A program made the translations under genes and the position numbers. Positions 62,978 through 64,000 of a stretch of DNA of 64,000 nucleotides are shown here, piece after piece. Location of the stretch: NCBI GenBank assembly GCA_964106645.2, contig OZ067047.1; one strand, written 5' to 3'. The notes below the pieces were generated by a model that was not told the DNA's origin, made no database searches, and saw only the letters and a list, made by a program, of their open reading frames with translations. Each line of letters opens with the position of its first letter. The first letter of the stretch is position 1. The DNA comes from Podarcis pityusensis. Lineage: Eukaryota.

Positions 62978-63251
62978 GAAGATTTTACTGCTGCTGCATC
63001 AAACTTACAGACTTGTCTGTCTGCCCTGGGCCGAGCACTGCCTGCCTCTCGTTTAGACTTGGCCTGCGGCCTGTCCTGGAACGTTATCCGCTACAGTCTC
63101 CAAAAGTTGGGGTTGGTGCGTTGGTTGCTAAAGAGGACATCTCGGCAGAGACGAGCAACAGAAGCCCCTGCAGGTTTTGAGGATGAAGCCAAAACTAGTG
63201 CGCGTGATGCAGCTCTAGCCTATCATAAGCTCCATCAGCTCCATATCACAG
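62978..63251 (+). CDS. SREBF2: SREBP-2 exon 10 (gene continues beyond window)
   Basis: ctgcag|EDFTAAASNLQTCLSALGRALPASRLDLACGLSWNVIRYSLQ...ARDAALAYHKLHQLHIT G|gtaag. Confidence 0.96.
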
Positions 63252-64000
63252 GTAAGTGGAAAAGGGAGAAGGTGGCCGCTTCTGTGAGTGTCTAGTGTGA
63301 TGACCTAGACTTATCTATGTACTTTGTCTGTGTTCAATAGAACATTTAAAAAACCTAAGTCTGCAGAGAGTGCTTCATTCTATCTTGATGATACAAGTAG
63401 TGCCGTACTCTTCTTTGGGGTGTGTGTGTCTTGTTAGATTTATTCTTACCTGAAAATCAATAGTATAACCAGCTGAGATGATTCAGGTAGTGAAATGAAG
63501 GATGGTCTTCTATTTGGCCTGTATGAAAGAGCGTGATATACATAGCTTGAGATTTGTTTGGTTGATTCCCAAAGTTACAATCTTATAAAGCCTTGGTTTA
63601 TATCTATCTACAATCTTATAAAGATAAGATTGTAGATAGATATAAACCAAGGCTTTGCAAGGCAGGACATTACTGCGTTTTAAGGTTTGAATGTAACAGA
63701 ATCTCAGTAGCTCAAAGGGCTTTCCCAGATCAAACCGTGTGAGGAATTGTACAGGAAAAGTCTCACATGGCATGAGTTTAAAAAAGTGATGTATATATGT
63801 ACCTTCAACTCAGGATAGTACTCGATGCATCTGGTGAAGTAGACAGCAGCCCACAAAATCTTGTGACATAATTAATTTGTCCAGTGATGCTGAATGTTAG
63901 AAGATTCAGGAAGAAAATATTCCAAGGAAATACCCCTTCATACAGCCGTATTTGAGCTTCTGCATGACTGTCTTTGGTGCAAGAGTCTATCTTGGCTGCC

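Noticed and set aside
63252-64000. miR-33 hairpin
   Set aside because: It lies in a late SREBF2 intron beyond this window; I did not see the mature sequence here

Overview
Vertebrate genomic DNA from a squamate, probably a lacertid lizard (Sauria SINEs, BovB/RTE, L2/CR1 fragments, squamate hAT and Tc1/mariner MITEs). Three head-to-tail + strand genes lie in the same order as at the human locus. (1) The last 11 coding exons of MEI1 (879-13141). (2) The complete CCDC134 CDS (6 coding exons, 29701-37929, 690 nt = 229 aa, ending QSEL), with a probable CpG-island promoter at about 16.6-17.4 kb. (3) The promoter and first 10 exons of SREBF2 (42931-63251, continuing past the window). All exons were traced by hand with consistent splice phases; gene identities rest on recalled similarity to human proteins, not on a database search. 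Most notable observations: minor-spliceosome (U12-type, GTATCCTT) introns in both MEI1 (last intron) and CCDC134; an inverted pair of Sauria SINEs bracketing CCDC134 exons 2-4 (circRNA candidate); a palindromic heat-shock-element-like array inserted in a SINE; a strong-Kozak uORF and a conserved SRE/NF-Y module at SREBF2; a short complementarity between SREBF2 exon 1 and the 3' end of its 12-kb first intron; and TE-borne transcription-factor motif cassettes. I found no new protein-coding system; the novelty is regulatory or RNA-level and remains hypothetical.
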